Shown here piece after piece: positions 9,839-22,240 of a DNA stretch of 64,000 nt. This DNA comes from an uncultured delta proteobacterium. Lineage in GTDB: Bacteria > Myxococcota_A > Polyangia > Polyangiales > Polyangiaceae. Within the stretch, counting starts at the first letter, position 1; each line of letters starts with the position of its first letter. The translations under genes and the position numbers were made by a program. The notes beneath the pieces were generated by a model. That model was not told the origin of the DNA. It searched no databases and saw only the letters and a list, made by a program, of their open reading frames with translations. The DNA is taken from assembly GCA_963841435.1 (NCBI GenBank), contig CAWJCS010000004.1, positions 640,001 through 704,000 on the forward strand. Reading direction: 5' to 3'.

Positions 9839-11218
9839 ATGGCCCAAAGCGTCGTCGTCGAGAACCAAGTCAAGGAAGGCAGCCGCCGCAAGCAAGAGAG
9901 CGTCCGGACCCAGGAGGGCAAGACCTTCCGTGTCGCAGACCTCGCACTTTCGGATTGGGGTCGCAAAGAGATCGCGATCGCGGAGACCGAGATGCCAGGC
10001 TTGATGGCGCTTCGGGCGGAATACGGCCAATCGAAGCCGCTCAAGGGTGCTCGGATCGCCGGCTGTCTGCACATGACGATCCAGACGGCGGTGCTCATCG
10101 AAACCCTGCGCGAGCTCGGGGCCGAGGTCACCTGGACCTCCTGCAACATTTTCTCCACGCAAGATCACGCCGCGGCGGCGATCGCCAAGGCTGGCATCCC
10201 GGTTTTCGCCTGGAAGGGTGAGACCGAGGCGGAATACGACTGGTGCCTCGAGAAGCAGCTCCTCGCGTTCGAGGGCGGCAAGGCGCCGAACATGATCCTC
10301 GACGACGGCGGGGACCTCACGAAGTGGGTCCACGAGAAGCACGACTACATGTTCGAGGGAGCCGACGCCATTCGTGGCATCAGTGAAGAGACCACGACGG
10401 GCGTTCACCGCCTCTATGAAATGTTCCGGCGCGGCGAGCTCAAGTGCCCCGCCATGAACGTCAACGACTCGGTCACGAAGACCAAGTTCGACAATACCTA
10501 CGGCTGCCGCGAGTCGCTCACGGACGGCATCAAGCGGGCAACCGACGTGATGTTCGCAGGCAAGGTCTGCATCGTGGCGGGCTACGGCGAGGTCGGCAAG
10601 GGTTGCGCCCAAGCCATGCGCGGTCTCGGCGCGCGGGTGCTCATCACCGAGGTCAACCCCATCTGCGCGCTGCAGGCTGCCATGGAGGGCTACCAGGTCG
10701 TCACCATGGAGGAGGCCGCGCCCATGGCCGACATCTTCGTGACGGCCACGGGCTGCTGCAACGTCGTGCGTGGCGAGCACATGAAGGTGATGAAGAACGA
10801 GGCCATCGTCTGCAACATCGGCCACTTCGACAGCGAGATCGACATGGCCTGGCTCGAGACGCAGGCCGGCATCGTCGAAGAGAACATCAAGCCGCAGGTC
10901 GATCACTTCATTTTCCCGGACGGCAAACGCATCATCGTGCTCGCCCGCGGCCGCCTCGTGAACCTCGGTTGCGCTACCGGTCATCCGAGCTTCGTCATGA
11001 GCACGAGCTTCACGAACCAGGTGCTCGCTCAGATCGCCCTCTGGAACGACAAGATGCCCCTCGGCGTGCACGTTCTGCCGAAGAAGCTCGACGAGAAGGT
11101 GGCACGGCTGCACCTCGGCAAGCTCGGCGTGAACCTCGAGACCTTGACCCAGAAGCAGGCCGAGTACCTCGGCATTCCCGTCGAGGGCCCCTACAAGCCC
11201 GAGCTCTATCGTTACTAG
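9839..11218 (+). CDS. ahcY: adenosylhomocysteinase
   Basis: [56 protein letters not shown]-terminal YRY. AAGGAG RBS. Confidence 0.98.
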   Translation: MAQSVVVENQVKEGSRRKQESVRTQEGKTFRVADLALSDWGRKEIAIAETEMPGLMALRAEYGQSKPLKGARIAGCLHMTIQTAVLIETLRELGAEVTWTSCNIFSTQDHAAAAIAKAGIPVFAWKGETEAEYDWCLEKQLLAFEGGKAPNMILDDGGDLTKWVHEKHDYMFEGADAIRGISEETTTGVHRLYEMFRRGELKCPAMNVNDSVTKTKFDNTYGCRESLTDGIKRATDVMFAGKVCIVAGYGEVGKGCAQAMRGLGARVLITEVNPICALQAAMEGYQVVTMEEAAPMADIFVTATGCCNVVRGEHMKVMKNEAIVCNIGHFDSEIDMAWLETQAGIVEENIKPQVDHFIFPDGKRIIVLARGRLVNLGCATGHPSFVMSTSFTNQVLAQIALWNDKMPLGVHVLPKKLDEKVARLHLGKLGVNLETLTQKQAEYLGIPVEGPYKPELYRY

Positions 11219-11251
11219 TCGCGCGTGCCGCGTGCGGCACAGGAGGACGAG

Positions 11252-11650
11252 ATGACGCCGAGCGAGAAAAACATCGTGCGCTCCCTGGTGGCCGTCGCCT
11301 GGGCGGACGGCAAGCTCGAATCGGGTGAGTCGAGCGTGATCGAAGGCCTGCTCACCGGCTTCGACGCGAGCGAGGCGGAGGAAAAGGAGCTCCTCGAGTA
11401 CGCGCGCGTGCGGCGCACGCTCGAGAAGGACATTCCGCTCGCCGACCTGTCGCCCGACGATCGGGAGCTCTTGCTCGCCAACGCGGCGTTGCTCACGCTC
11501 GCCGACGGCGAAAAGAGCGAGTCCGAGAGCGAAGTGCTCGATAAGCTCATCGAGGTGCTCGGCTTCAGCAAGGAAGAGGCGCACGACATCCTCGCGGGCG
11601 CCGAGGACGGCGCCCTTCAGCTCAGTCCCCGCTCCCTCAAGGAAGACTAG
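11252..11650 (+). CDS. TerB-like (tellurite resistance family) protein
   Basis: Two ADG..E motifs (VAWADGKLESGE; LADGEKSESE). AGGAGG RBS. Confidence 0.75.
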   Translation: MTPSEKNIVRSLVAVAWADGKLESGESSVIEGLLTGFDASEAEEKELLEYARVRRTLEKDIPLADLSPDDRELLLANAALLTLADGEKSESESEVLDKLIEVLGFSKEEAHDILAGAEDGALQLSPRSLKED

Positions 11651-11651
11651 C

Positions 11652-12254
11652 TCAGCGCCTGCCGGTCGAGGCGGGCGGCGGCGGGGGCAGGATGCTCTGC
11701 CCGAGGCCGAAGCCCGAGACCCCGCCCGAGACCACGAACGTCATCACTTCCGAGGCCGGCAGGTCGAGGACCTCGACACAATCGCGGGGCACCAGCACCA
11801 GGAATCCGGCAAAGTTGTAGGACTGGGGAAGATACACGGCGATGTGGTCGGGCATGCCGAGCCCCAGGAGCTCTTCGCGCGTCACGAAACCGAGTTGTCG
11901 AGCGTCAACGCCGGGGAACAGCGAAACGGCGGCTGGCACGTCGAAGCGCCGCTTGTCGCCCACGAACGCGCTCACGAGATCCTTGATGGAGGTGTAAACG
12001 AGCTTGACGAGCGGCAAGCGGCGGAGGAGCGCCTCGGTGAGCTCGAGCATGCTCCGCCCGACGACGTTGGAGGCGAGGAGTCCGACCAGAGTGATGAGCG
12101 TGAGGGTCGCGACGAGGCCCACGCCCGGGATGGGGAAGGGGAGGAGCTGGTCGATGGTGCGCAGGACCGTCCACACGATGTAGACGGTGAGACCAAGCGG
12201 GGCCGTGACCAGACACCCGTTCAGAAAGTAGCGGACCACGCGTTTGAGGCTCAT
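11652..12254 (-). CDS. DUF502 family membrane protein
   Basis: LRRLPLVKLVYTSIKDL, LGFVT, VYLPQSYNFAG, FVVSGG. Confidence 0.85.
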   Translation of the reverse strand: MSLKRVVRYFLNGCLVTAPLGLTVYIVWTVLRTIDQLLPFPIPGVGLVATLTLITLVGLLASNVVGRSMLELTEALLRRLPLVKLVYTSIKDLVSAFVGDKRRFDVPAAVSLFPGVDARQLGFVTREELLGLGMPDHIAVYLPQSYNFAGFLVLVPRDCVEVLDLPASEVMTFVVSGGVSGFGLGQSILPPPPPASTGRR

Positions 12255-12301
12255 GCGCCGAAGGCTAAGCCGCGTTCCCGACTTCTGCTAGAGAGGGAGC
12301 C

Positions 12302-12802
12302 ATGCGTCTCGGATCCTTCGTGCTCCTTTCCCTCGTCCTCGTCGGTTGCCAGAAGCGGGTGCCTGAACCGACCCCCGCGCCGGCCGCCGATACCAGTGCC
12401 GCCGCCGAGAGCGTGGCAAGCGCCGCCGAGCCCGCGGCCCCGGCGGCCGGGCTCGTCGCCAAGGAAACGGTGACGGCGTTGAAGAAGGAAGACGAGTCGC
12501 CGGGTACGGGTCCCGCCGTGAAGACCGGCGACACGGTCCGCGTTCACTACACGGGGACGTTGCTCGACGGCACCAAGTTCGATAGCTCCCGTGACCGCGA
12601 CGAGCCTTTCGAGTTTACCCTCGGGCGCGGCATGGTGATTCGCGGATGGGACGAGGGCATCGTGGGTATGAAGAAGGGCGGGCGACGAAAGCTCACGATC
12701 CCGTCCGACATGGCCTACGGTAAGGCGGGACATCCCCCCGTGATCCCGCCGGATTCCCCGCTCGTCTTCAACGTCGAGCTCGTCGAGATCGTCGGCTCCT
12801 GA
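12302..12802 (+). CDS. FKBP-type peptidyl-prolyl isomerase, lipoprotein
   Basis: Lipobox [41 protein letters not shown]. Confidence 0.95.
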   Translation: MRLGSFVLLSLVLVGCQKRVPEPTPAPAADTSAAAESVASAAEPAAPAAGLVAKETVTALKKEDESPGTGPAVKTGDTVRVHYTGTLLDGTKFDSSRDRDEPFEFTLGRGMVIRGWDEGIVGMKKGGRRKLTIPSDMAYGKAGHPPVIPPDSPLVFNVELVEIVGS

Positions 12803-12824
12803 GCGGCCCGCGCGGAGCGCGCCG

Positions 12825-13721
12825 TCAGGGCGCGCTGTTTTGCCAGGACGCGAGCCGCTCGAGACCGAGCAGGCGCTGCAAGACGAAGCGCTCCGCGGGT
12901 GTGAGGGCCTGCGCCCGAGAGCGCAGGCCGTCCGTGTAGCTGCGCAGCACGGCCAGATCGATGCCGCGCACGCGGCGCAGAAGGACGTACATCTCGTCGA
13001 CGAGCGAGAGCGGGAGCACCAGGTCTAGCGTGGCATAGAGCTTGACCGCGTAGTCGAGCCACGAGGGCTTGTTGGTCGCTCCGGCGAGCTTCACGGCGTA
13101 GCCGGCGGCCGTCCGCGCAACGTCCTGCGGTAGCGTGCGCGCGGCCTTGGCGTCGGCCAGCGCGGCATTGAGGTGGGTCGCGATCACGTGCTCGGCATCT
13201 TCGCCGCGCCCCAGCGCGAGGGCCTTGTCGACGACACTCGCGAGGAGCTGGAAAACGTCCGCGCTGCGCGTCGCCAGCGCGGCGTCGTCGTCAGTGAAGC
13301 TGTCGCGGGCGGGGCGTTGGGCAGGGAGATTGATCGCAGTGGACTCCGCGTCAACGACCTCTTCGTCCTCGCTGAACACGAAGACCTCGTCACCCACCGT
13401 GAGTCGATCGCCCATCTTGAGGCGTGCGCTGCCGATCACGCGCTCGGCATTGAGGAAGACGCCGTTGCGGCTGCCGAGATCCTCGACGGTGACGCCGAGG
13501 TTCGTGAGGCAGAGCCGCGCGTGCCGGCGCGAAACCAGCGCGCTCGACACCTGGATCTCGGCACCGGCGCTGCGACCGATCACCACCGACGGGCGCTCGA
13601 GTCGGAACTCGCGGATCCCTTGCCGCAGCACCGGGACGATTCGCGTTCGCCGACGGAAGCCGCTCTCCTGCGCCTTCTCCTCGGGGGCACCCTGGCGGTC
13701 ACTCGCTCTCTCGGTTCCCAC
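12825..13721 (-). CDS. FHA domain-containing protein
   Basis: IGRS...VSRRHA...DLGSRNGVFLN. Confidence 0.88.
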   Translation of the reverse strand: MGTERASDRQGAPEEKAQESGFRRRTRIVPVLRQGIREFRLERPSVVIGRSAGAEIQVSSALVSRRHARLCLTNLGVTVEDLGSRNGVFLNAERVIGSARLKMGDRLTVGDEVFVFSEDEEVVDAESTAINLPAQRPARDSFTDDDAALATRSADVFQLLASVVDKALALGRGEDAEHVIATHLNAALADAKAARTLPQDVARTAAGYAVKLAGATNKPSWLDYAVKLYATLDLVLPLSLVDEMYVLLRRVRGIDLAVLRSYTDGLRSRAQALTPAERFVLQRLLGLERLASWQNSAP

Positions 13722-13884
13722 TTTTCCCTACATGTATATAGGACCAGGTGGGCCCACGTCCAGCACCCGGTGCGTACGCTCAGGTAGGGAAATGTAACCA
13801 TTTGATCCGAATGGATAATTTTCCCGGGGCGCTTCCATTGAGTAGCGCCCGGCGGGCGACGCTCCCGGGTTCTCTCCCGCGAAA

Positions 13885-14710
13885 TCAGGTGGCGCGCGGG
13901 TAGCTGCCGAGCACGCGTACAGCGCCGCCCAGCGCCCCGAGCTCCTCGAGCGCCGCCGCCACGGGCGCATCGAGGCGATGACCCTCGAGATCGGTGAAGA
14001 AGACGTACTCCCACCGCTTGCCGCGCGCCGGTCGCGATTCGATGCGCGTCAGATTGATGCCGGCATCGTCGAGCACGCCGAGCGCGCGACGCAGCGCACC
14101 GCGCGCGTGCGCCGTCGAGAACACGATGCTCGTTTTGTCGCTGCCCGTGGGCGGGCGGTCGGTGTGGCCGATCACGACGAAGCGCGTGGCATTCTCCGGG
14201 CGATCCTGGATGTTCTCGGAGACCACGACGAGGCCCTCGAGCTCGGCTGCGAGTCGGCTCGTGACGGCGGCGGTCGCCTCGTCGAGCGCTGCCTCGCGTG
14301 CGGCCGCTGCCGTCGAACGGCGTGGGGAAGAGCGCGGCCGAGGGTAGCTCGCGCGCGAGCCAACGACGACACTGCCCGAGCGGCTGCGGGTGCGACGCCA
14401 CGCGCCGGAAGCGGCTCCTGTCCGTGTGGCGCGCGACGAGGCAGAGCGGTACGTCGAGCACGAGCTCCCCGCACAAAGAGAGCTGGCTTTCGAGCAGCGC
14501 ATCGAGCGTCGCCGTGACGGCTCCTTCGGTGGAATTCTCGAGCGGTACCACGCCGAGCTCGGCTTCGTGCTGCTCCACGCGCCCAATCACGTCGGCGATC
14601 GTGGGTGCCTCGACGAGCGAGCCGTCCGGAAACAGGTTGCGCGCCGCGATGTGAGAAAACGTCCCCGGTGGTCCCATGAACGCGACGCGCGGGGTCGCGT
14701 TCGCGCTCAT
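13885..14710 (-). CDS. pheA: prephenate dehydratase (PDT + ACT), apparent +1 frameshift near 14316
   Basis: AFMGPPGTFS, PLENSTEG and SHPQP lie in one frame; NATRF, NLTRIESRP and VLGSYP lie in another. Removing one base from ccgTTcgacg (minus strand) restores FPTPSTAAAA. Confidence 0.9.
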
Positions 14711-15459
14711 GGGTGGCGGCTCCGCTCGAGCACGGCGCGTATGGCCGAAGCGGCATGCAGGCGGGCGTAGTCCGTCCAACCGAGCAGCTCCGTCGTACCG
14801 TCGACGATGGCGGTCCACGCGTCGGCTTCCTCGTACAGCTTTCGTACGACGAACACGGCGCGCTCGAGGGGCATGCGCTGGCGCACCTGCGTCGGTAGAC
14901 CGGCATGCAGCACGGCGGCAGCGGAGTTGAATGCGCCGGCGAGATCGGGGCTGGTGCGTGGCGTGTCGCGGATGGCGCGATGCGCCCGTTGCACCAGGTG
15001 AGCGACTCGCAGGATTTGTGGATCGCTCACGCCGGCCAGACAGAACGCGGCCCACGCGCGGGCGATCGCCGCCTGCTCCATCGGATCGACGGCGCCGCGC
15101 GTCACGCGCTGCTCGAGCCATTCGGCGAGCGCGTGCGCGGCGCGGAGCCACTCGGGCGCGCTCGGGGGCAGGGATTCTCGAAGCCTCTTTTGCTCGCGCG
15201 CCGCCTGTCGATTGAGCTGCGGAGTCGGCTGCGACTGCACGGCGAGGGCGCGCAGATCGGCGCTCGGCGGCGCGAGGCCGACGACCGCGGCGCTCGGATC
15301 CGCCGGGAACGCCGGCTCGGGCGAGTCGCCGAACAACGGCCACGTCGCGCCGAAAGACCGCCGCTTCGGCACTTCGGCCGTCATCCGACGCGTCCCGCGG
15401 CCAGGGGTCGACTTGCCAAGCTTGCCCCCGCTCGGTCGCTCGGAGCGGCGTTGGCTCAT
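14707..15459 (-). CDS. hypothetical protein
   Basis: Sits between SCP2 and pheA with ATGA overlaps at both ends. Confidence 0.6.
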   Translation of the reverse strand: MSQRRSERPSGGKLGKSTPGRGTRRMTAEVPKRRSFGATWPLFGDSPEPAFPADPSAAVVGLAPPSADLRALAVQSQPTPQLNRQAAREQKRLRESLPPSAPEWLRAAHALAEWLEQRVTRGAVDPMEQAAIARAWAAFCLAGVSDPQILRVAHLVQRAHRAIRDTPRTSPDLAGAFNSAAAVLHAGLPTQVRQRMPLERAVFVVRKLYEEADAWTAIVDGTTELLGWTDYARLHAASAIRAVLERSRHP

Positions 15460-15782
15460 TTCAAAACGTCCGTCAACGCCTGCAGCTTGAGGGCGAGCGC
15501 CATGTCGCCCTCGACTTTGAGCTTGCCCGAGAAGAACAGCGCCTGGCCGTTCGCCCTGCCTTCGAACAGGTCGACGAAGTCGGCCGCAGCCATGCGCACC
15601 GTGCACCCCGCGGGGCCGTCCGTCGAGCTGACGGTCAGCGCCGACTTCAGGTCGAGGAGGAAGGTGCCGCCGCCTTCGCCGTCGAGCACGAACTTGTAGA
15701 CGGCGCCGATGACGGTCTTCAAATCCTCGCGCCCCTGGATTTTCTGTCCCAAGCGCTCGATGAGCTCGGTTGCTGTCGCCAT
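15456..15782 (-). CDS. SCP2 sterol/lipid-binding domain protein
   Basis: LFFSGKLKVEGDMALALKL signature. Confidence 0.9.
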   Translation of the reverse strand: MATATELIERLGQKIQGREDLKTVIGAVYKFVLDGEGGGTFLLDLKSALTVSSTDGPAGCTVRMAAADFVDLFEGRANGQALFFSGKLKVEGDMALALKLQALTDVLK

Positions 15783-16114
15783 CAGGTGCCGCCGTCCGTG
15801 TTCGGGTCGGTGCTCGGCTCAGCGCTCTTCTTCGCCCTGAGCGGGTGCTTTTTCGGAAGCGCTGCGGCCGGGGCGGCAGTCGGGTCGGTCGGCGCGGTTG
15901 GTGTGGCGCTCGGAACGCTCTCGGTGGCGGTTGCGACGGACGCGGGCGCCGCTTCGGGCGCGGTGGCCGGGCCCGAGGGGGCCGCCGTGGCGACGGCGCT
16001 CGGCGCAGCCGGAGGTGGGCTCGAGTCCGCTGGCTTTTCCGTCGTGATGACGCAGCCGACCGCGAGCGTCGAGCTTGCCACGAGGGTGATACCCACGAGC
16101 TCTTTGGCGTGCAT
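15782..16114 (-). CDS. Pro/Ala/Thr-rich lipoprotein
   Basis: Lipobox AVGC; low-complexity body; AAGG upstream; stop overlaps the SCP2 start. Confidence 0.65.
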   Translation of the reverse strand: MHAKELVGITLVASSTLAVGCVITTEKPADSSPPPAAPSAVATAAPSGPATAPEAAPASVATATESVPSATPTAPTDPTAAPAAALPKKHPLRAKKSAEPSTDPNTDGGT

Positions 16115-16595
16115 GGCTAAGAACCTTCCGTGTGCCGCCCCAGGCGGACGGCGAATGGATGGCCCAGGGTAGTGCCCCGCCCGCCGGATCGCAATCCGGG
16201 TCGCCCCGCTGCGGCTCGTTCGAGCGTCGTGCCAGCGACATCGGGCACACGACGTTTGCCGTGGCGGGCCGCGTCTCCCGGTTGAGCGACCGGTCGCGGC
16301 GAGCGCATCGTGATGGCCCGGGCAGCTCGACGGCGGGCTCCCGTCGAGCTCGCTTCCGAGCGGGTCACGCGGTGGCGCGGCGCGCGCTCGTGCGGAGCCG
16401 CGTGCCTGCGCGACGAAGAACCTCGACGACCGTCGCTGCGCGCGCGCTCACCGACCTCGCTTAGCCAAGGCTCGCACCGCGAAGAGAGCCGGCATCCGGA
16501 GCGCGACGCTTTTTCCATTTCTGCGCGCGCTCGCCCTTTTCCGCATGACGAGCTTCGGGCTCCGAAAGCCCGAGAGGCGTGGGCGAGGGCCGACC

Positions 16596-16631
16596 AAGCC
16601 GATGAAGCCGATGAAGCCGATGAAGCCAATC
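16596..16631 (+). repeat. 9-bp tandem repeat (AAGCCGATG)x3 plus a degenerate 4th copy
   Basis: Directly visible in the intergenic region. Confidence 0.85.
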
Positions 16632-16713
16632 AAAGAAGACGAGAAGAACCCGAAAGTGTCCTCTTGTGAGGGAAGGTCACTCGGGTTAGCCTGGTAATCT
16701 TGGGAGGTTTGTC

Positions 16714-17085
16714 ATGATGCGATCTTGGTGGAGTGGAGGGGTCTGGCTGGTGCTCGTATCGGGTGGGAACGCGTGCTCGAACGCCGCGCCCGAATCGGTC
16801 GCTCAGGCGCCCGCGGTCGAAGGCGCGGTGGCACAAGAGCGCGTGTCCGCTTCGGACGTCGCGCGCACGGATGCGCTAAAGCGCGCCGTCCTGCCGCGGC
16901 TTTCGCGCTCCGGGCAGGGCTTGCAGATCGACACGACGCCGGCCGGCTCTCGCCGCATCGCGCTCGACGGCCGGTTCCGCTCCGTGCACGTGCTCACGCG
17001 CACGGGGGACGGCAAAAAGCGGGTGGATTGTGTCACGAGCCAAACGGAGCTTGCCGCTCGTCTCGCCCCGGGGGTCCGTCGATGA
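16714..17085 (+). CDS. small exported protein coupled to the downstream metallopeptidase
   Basis: GGGAGG RBS; signal/lipobox-like GNAC; SRSGQGL...LDGRFRSV...DG...C core; ATGA overlap with the next gene. Confidence 0.7.
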   Translation: MMRSWWSGGVWLVLVSGGNACSNAAPESVAQAPAVEGAVAQERVSASDVARTDALKRAVLPRLSRSGQGLQIDTTPAGSRRIALDGRFRSVHVLTRTGDGKKRVDCVTSQTELAARLAPGVRR

Positions 17086-19112
17086 GCCCGTGGCGAAGGG
17101 CGGCGCTCGGGCTGGTCGCGGGGTATGCCGTGCTGTGCGCGGAGTCGCCCGCGCGCGCGTCCGCGAAGTTCGTGCTCGAGATCGCGGATCCGACGGGCGT
17201 CGGGTTCAACGATCCCACGCCGGCCACGCCCGTCGGGGGCAACACGGGGACCAGCATTGGGGCTCAGCGGCGCCAGGCGTTCCAGTACGCGCTCGAACGT
17301 CTGGGGAAAGGTGCTCGACAGCCCGGTCACCATTCGCGTCTCAGCGAGCTTCGCTCCGCTCGAGTGCGACGCGACGCACGCCGTGCTCGGTCAGGCGGGG
17401 TCTTCGAGCTTCGAGTTCGACGTGCCCGGGCAGGACCCCAATCTCGTCTTTCCCGAGGCGCTCGCCGACCGAATCGCTGGCGTCAACCTCTGGCCCGGCG
17501 CTCCGGACATCGAGGCCGAGTTCAACGGGTCACTTCCAGAGTGCTTCCCCGATCTCGACTGGTACTACGGCCTCGACGCGACGGCGTTCGACGACAAGGC
17601 CGACCTCGTGATGACCGTTCTCCACGAGATCGGGCATGGCCTCGGCTTCGCGAGCACCGTCGACGACCAGACGGGTGAGTTTCTCGCGGTCGATCTCGCC
17701 GATCCGTTCACGGCTAAGCTCGTCAACGCTCAGACCGGCAAGCACTGGGACACCATGACGAATGCGGAGCGCCTCGTCTCCGAGAAGGCAATCCGGGGCC
17801 TCGTGTGGGGTGGAACGTACGGCAACGCGGCGGCCGCGACCTGGCTTGCGCCCGGCGCACCCCACATCCGGACGACGCCAGCCGTCGCGGGTCTACGCGA
17901 CGCCGTGATCGACGCGAACTTCGGCAGGTTGTTGAGTCAGGGCCCCGTTACGGGCGTGGTCGCGTCACCGATGCCGGCCGACGCGTGCGCGCCCGTGAGC
18001 GGCGTCAGCGGAGCGATCGCCGTGTTGCCCGACGCCGCGTGTCACCCGCTCAATCAGCTCGCTTTCGCGGAGGATGCCGGAGCAATCGCTGGGATCGTCG
18101 TGTCGAACCGCGCCCCGCCGCCGGCGCTCGACCAGTCCGCCGAGGACCTCGCGGTCGTGTCGACCAATCTGCTCACGCTCGGCATGTCCGAGGCCGACGC
18201 GGCCGTTCTACTGGCCGCGGGCCCGGTGACGGTGGAGCTCTACGCCGAGCCGAGCCAGCGTTCCGGCACCGACGCTGAAGGCCGCGTCTACATGTTCGCC
18301 GCGGATCCGACCTCGACGAGCGTTGCCTCGCATCTCGAGCCCGTGCTGCGCCCCGACGCCGTGCTCGAGCCGTCCCAGACGGCGAACATCCATCACGACG
18401 TAACGCTGGAGCGGGCGATGCTGCGCGATATCGGCTGGGAGGTGTCGTGCGGCAACGGCATGCTCGATCCCGGCGAGGCGTGTGACCTCGGGCCGGACAA
18501 TAGCGACACGGTGGCCGATCGCTGCAGAACGAGCTGCGAGCTTCCGAAATGCGGCGACGGTGTCGTGGACAGCGGCGAAGCATGCGACTCTACGGACACC
18601 GACGCCGGTTGCAATCCGGACTGCACGCTGCCCGTCTGCGGCGATGGCGTGGTCGGACCCGGCGAAGAGTGCGATCTCGGCCCGGGCAACAGCGACACGG
18701 CGCCCGATGCGTGCCGCACGAGCTGCAAGAAGGCCTTCTGCGGTGATGCCGTCGTCAACTCCGGCGAGGCGTGTGACGACGCGTTCACGCCGGATACCTG
18801 CCAGGGCTGTGTCGGCGTGGTCATCGCTGCGGGGACCGGGGGTGGCGCGGGCGTCGGGGGGCAAGGCGCGGCGGCCGGCGCTTCGGCGGCGGGCTCGGCC
18901 GGCACGGCGTCGGGCGGCGCGCCGGGCGCGGGTAGCGGCTCGACCGGCACGGGCGCCGGCGACGAGCCGAAGGACAACGGCGGATGTGGCTGCCAAGTCC
19001 CGGGCGCCGGCGCTCCCGTGGGATGGCGCGGCGCCCTCGTTCTTTCGCTCGCGCTCGCAGGGCTCACGCGTCGCCGGGCGGGGGCGCGGAGCACCGACCG
19101 GCCAAGCCGAGG

Positions 19113-19116
<4 letters not shown>
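17082..19116 (+). CDS. secreted zinc metallopeptidase with PA domain, Cys-rich (DUF4215-like) repeats and MYXO-CTERM; apparent +1 frameshift near 17296
   Basis: Signal peptide; GFNDPTPATPVGGNTGT; HEIGHGLGF; four CG(N/D)G/A..GExCD repeats; GGCGC + hydrophobic + RRR tail. Removing one A from ctcgAAcgtc gives YALDVWGKVLDS. Confidence 0.8.
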
Positions 19117-20453
<1,337 letters not shown>

Positions 20454-20602
20454 CGTTCCGCTGTCGGTGAGAGGATGAGGGGTTGGTCGCTGGCCCCCGG
20501 GTCATGAAACCACCTGCGGCCCCCCGGCGCCAGGCTCGACGACCCGGTAAGCGAAACTCGCCCGTGCCCTCCGGCCGAGCGCCCGCAAGAAACTGGGCCA
20601 GG

Positions 20603-22240
20603 ATGGGCCGCCTTTGGCATCGAAGGCTGGTGGGTCCTCGATTCCTCAGTGCTCGACCCGGTTTTTCCGTTGGGCTGCTGCTCGTTGCCACGGCCTGCGC
20701 GGGGGTCGAGGGGCCTCCTGCTCCTGCCGCGATGCGCGTGAAGCCAGAAAATGGCGGGCCCGCGCTCGACGCCGACCAGTGGGCGCGCGTGCCGGTGCCT
20801 CCCGAAACCGGCCCGAAGCTTGCCCCGCTCGCGATGGTGGTCCCCGTACGGCGCCGTCCGCTGCCAAGCTCCGACGCAGTGGGATACCTACGCGTCGGGG
20901 CCCGGGTGGCGCGCTCGGAGAAGCCCGTCACGCTCGCCGAGTGCGCCGGAGGTTGGTACGCGGTGCGCCCGCTCGGGTTCGTGTGTGCCGGACCGGAAGC
21001 CACCGTCAAGCTCGACCACCCGATCGCGCGCGCGATCGGCGTCGAGCCCGATCGTGGCCGGCCGATGCCGTACAAGTACGCGTTTCTGCGCGCCATCGCG
21101 CCCAACTACCTCAAGGTGCCGAACACGGACGAGCAGCACAAGTACGAGATGCGCCTCGATCGCCATCTGAAAAACTGGAAAAAGCTCCGTGAGCAATGGG
21201 ATGCGCTCGACGTGGGCGCCAACGACGTACCGCTCGGCTCGGACGGTCTCGCCAAGGGTCGCATTCCCGACCACGCCGTGCCCATGGACGAAAGCGTGCG
21301 CTTCGGCGGCAAGGGGGACGATCGCGTGCCGTGGTGGCTCGAGGGTGGGCGCCGGATTCCGAATCTCTCTTCGTTCAAGGCGCCGCCCTACGCGGTCATC
21401 GCCGACCGCAGCCGGCGGCATGCGGGCATGGCGCTCATCGGCACCTTCGTGGCGGGGGATCGCGCCGAGCACCGTCGCTTCGCCGTCACGACGGACGCGC
21501 GCTTGGTGCCGGCCGACAAGCTCAAGGCGGACAGCGGCTCGCCGTTTCACGGCGGGGACATTCGCGACGTGGGGCTGCCCGTCGCGTTCGTTCGGTACCC
21601 GGGGGTAAGCTTCTGGTCCGTGCAGGGTGGCACCGTGGAGAAGGGCGCCCCGGCGGAGTTTCGCGCGCTCGTGCCGCTCACGGGCAACGTGCGCGGCTCG
21701 GGATCCTCGCGCCTCGTCGAGACGCGTGACGGTCGCTGGCTCAAGAGCGAGGAGCTCGGCACCGTTGCCAAGTCGAGCACGCTCCCGCCGTTCGCGAAGA
21801 AGGGCACGAAGTGGATCGACGTTTCGATCCAGAACCAGACCCTCGTGCTGTGGGAGGGCGATCGCCCGGTCTACGCCACGCTCGTGTCGACGGGACGCGA
21901 CGGCCTCGGCGATCCGAAGACGACCCACAGCACGCCGACCGGCACGTTCCGCGTCTATCAGAAGCACGTCACGACGACGATGGACTCGTCCGTTGCCGAC
22001 CACGAGTTCGAGCTTCGGGACGTGCCCTGGGTCCAGTATTTCAAGGGCGGCTACGCGCTGCATGCCGCCTACTGGCACGACGACTTCGGTCGCGCGCGCT
22101 CGCACGGGTGCATCAACCTTTCGCCGATCGACGCGCGCTACGCGTTCTTCTGGACGACGCCGACCGTGCCGGAGCACTGGCACGCGGCCTACGCCGGCGA
22201 GCCGTTCGAGTCGGGTACGATCGTCAACGTGCACCCGTAG
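20603..22240 (+). CDS. L,D-transpeptidase (YkuD domain), probable lipoprotein
   Basis: TPTGTF, ALHAAYWH..FG..RSHGCINL; lipobox-like ATAC. Start uncertain (20483/20504/20603). Confidence 0.88.
   Translation: MGRLWHRRLVGPRFLSARPGFSVGLLLVATACAGVEGPPAPAAMRVKPENGGPALDADQWARVPVPPETGPKLAPLAMVVPVRRRPLPSSDAVGYLRVGARVARSEKPVTLAECAGGWYAVRPLGFVCAGPEATVKLDHPIARAIGVEPDRGRPMPYKYAFLRAIAPNYLKVPNTDEQHKYEMRLDRHLKNWKKLREQWDALDVGANDVPLGSDGLAKGRIPDHAVPMDESVRFGGKGDDRVPWWLEGGRRIPNLSSFKAPPYAVIADRSRRHAGMALIGTFVAGDRAEHRRFAVTTDARLVPADKLKADSGSPFHGGDIRDVGLPVAFVRYPGVSFWSVQGGTVEKGAPAEFRALVPLTGNVRGSGSSRLVETRDGRWLKSEELGTVAKSSTLPPFAKKGTKWIDVSIQNQTLVLWEGDRPVYATLVSTGRDGLGDPKTTHSTPTGTFRVYQKHVTTTMDSSVADHEFELRDVPWVQYFKGGYALHAAYWHDDFGRARSHGCINLSPIDARYAFFWTTPTVPEHWHAAYAGEPFESGTIVNVHP

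Noticed and set aside
13885-14710. pheA and five other frameshifted genes as true pseudogenes or programmed frameshifts
   Set aside because: No slippery heptamers and no further decay. All share one single-base insertion signature, which favours sequencing error.
16543-16570. Hammerhead-like TGACGA...GAAA
   Set aside because: The invariant C of CUGANGA is absent and stem II does not abut GAAA.
16596-16631. CRISPR or other repeat-spacer array
   Set aside because: Contiguous 9-bp repeats without spacers, and no cas genes. The other repeats in the window are in-frame low-complexity coding sequence.
16310-16669. 119-aa ORF containing the ADE repeat
   Set aside because: No RBS, Arg-rich shadow-like composition and no recognisable motif.
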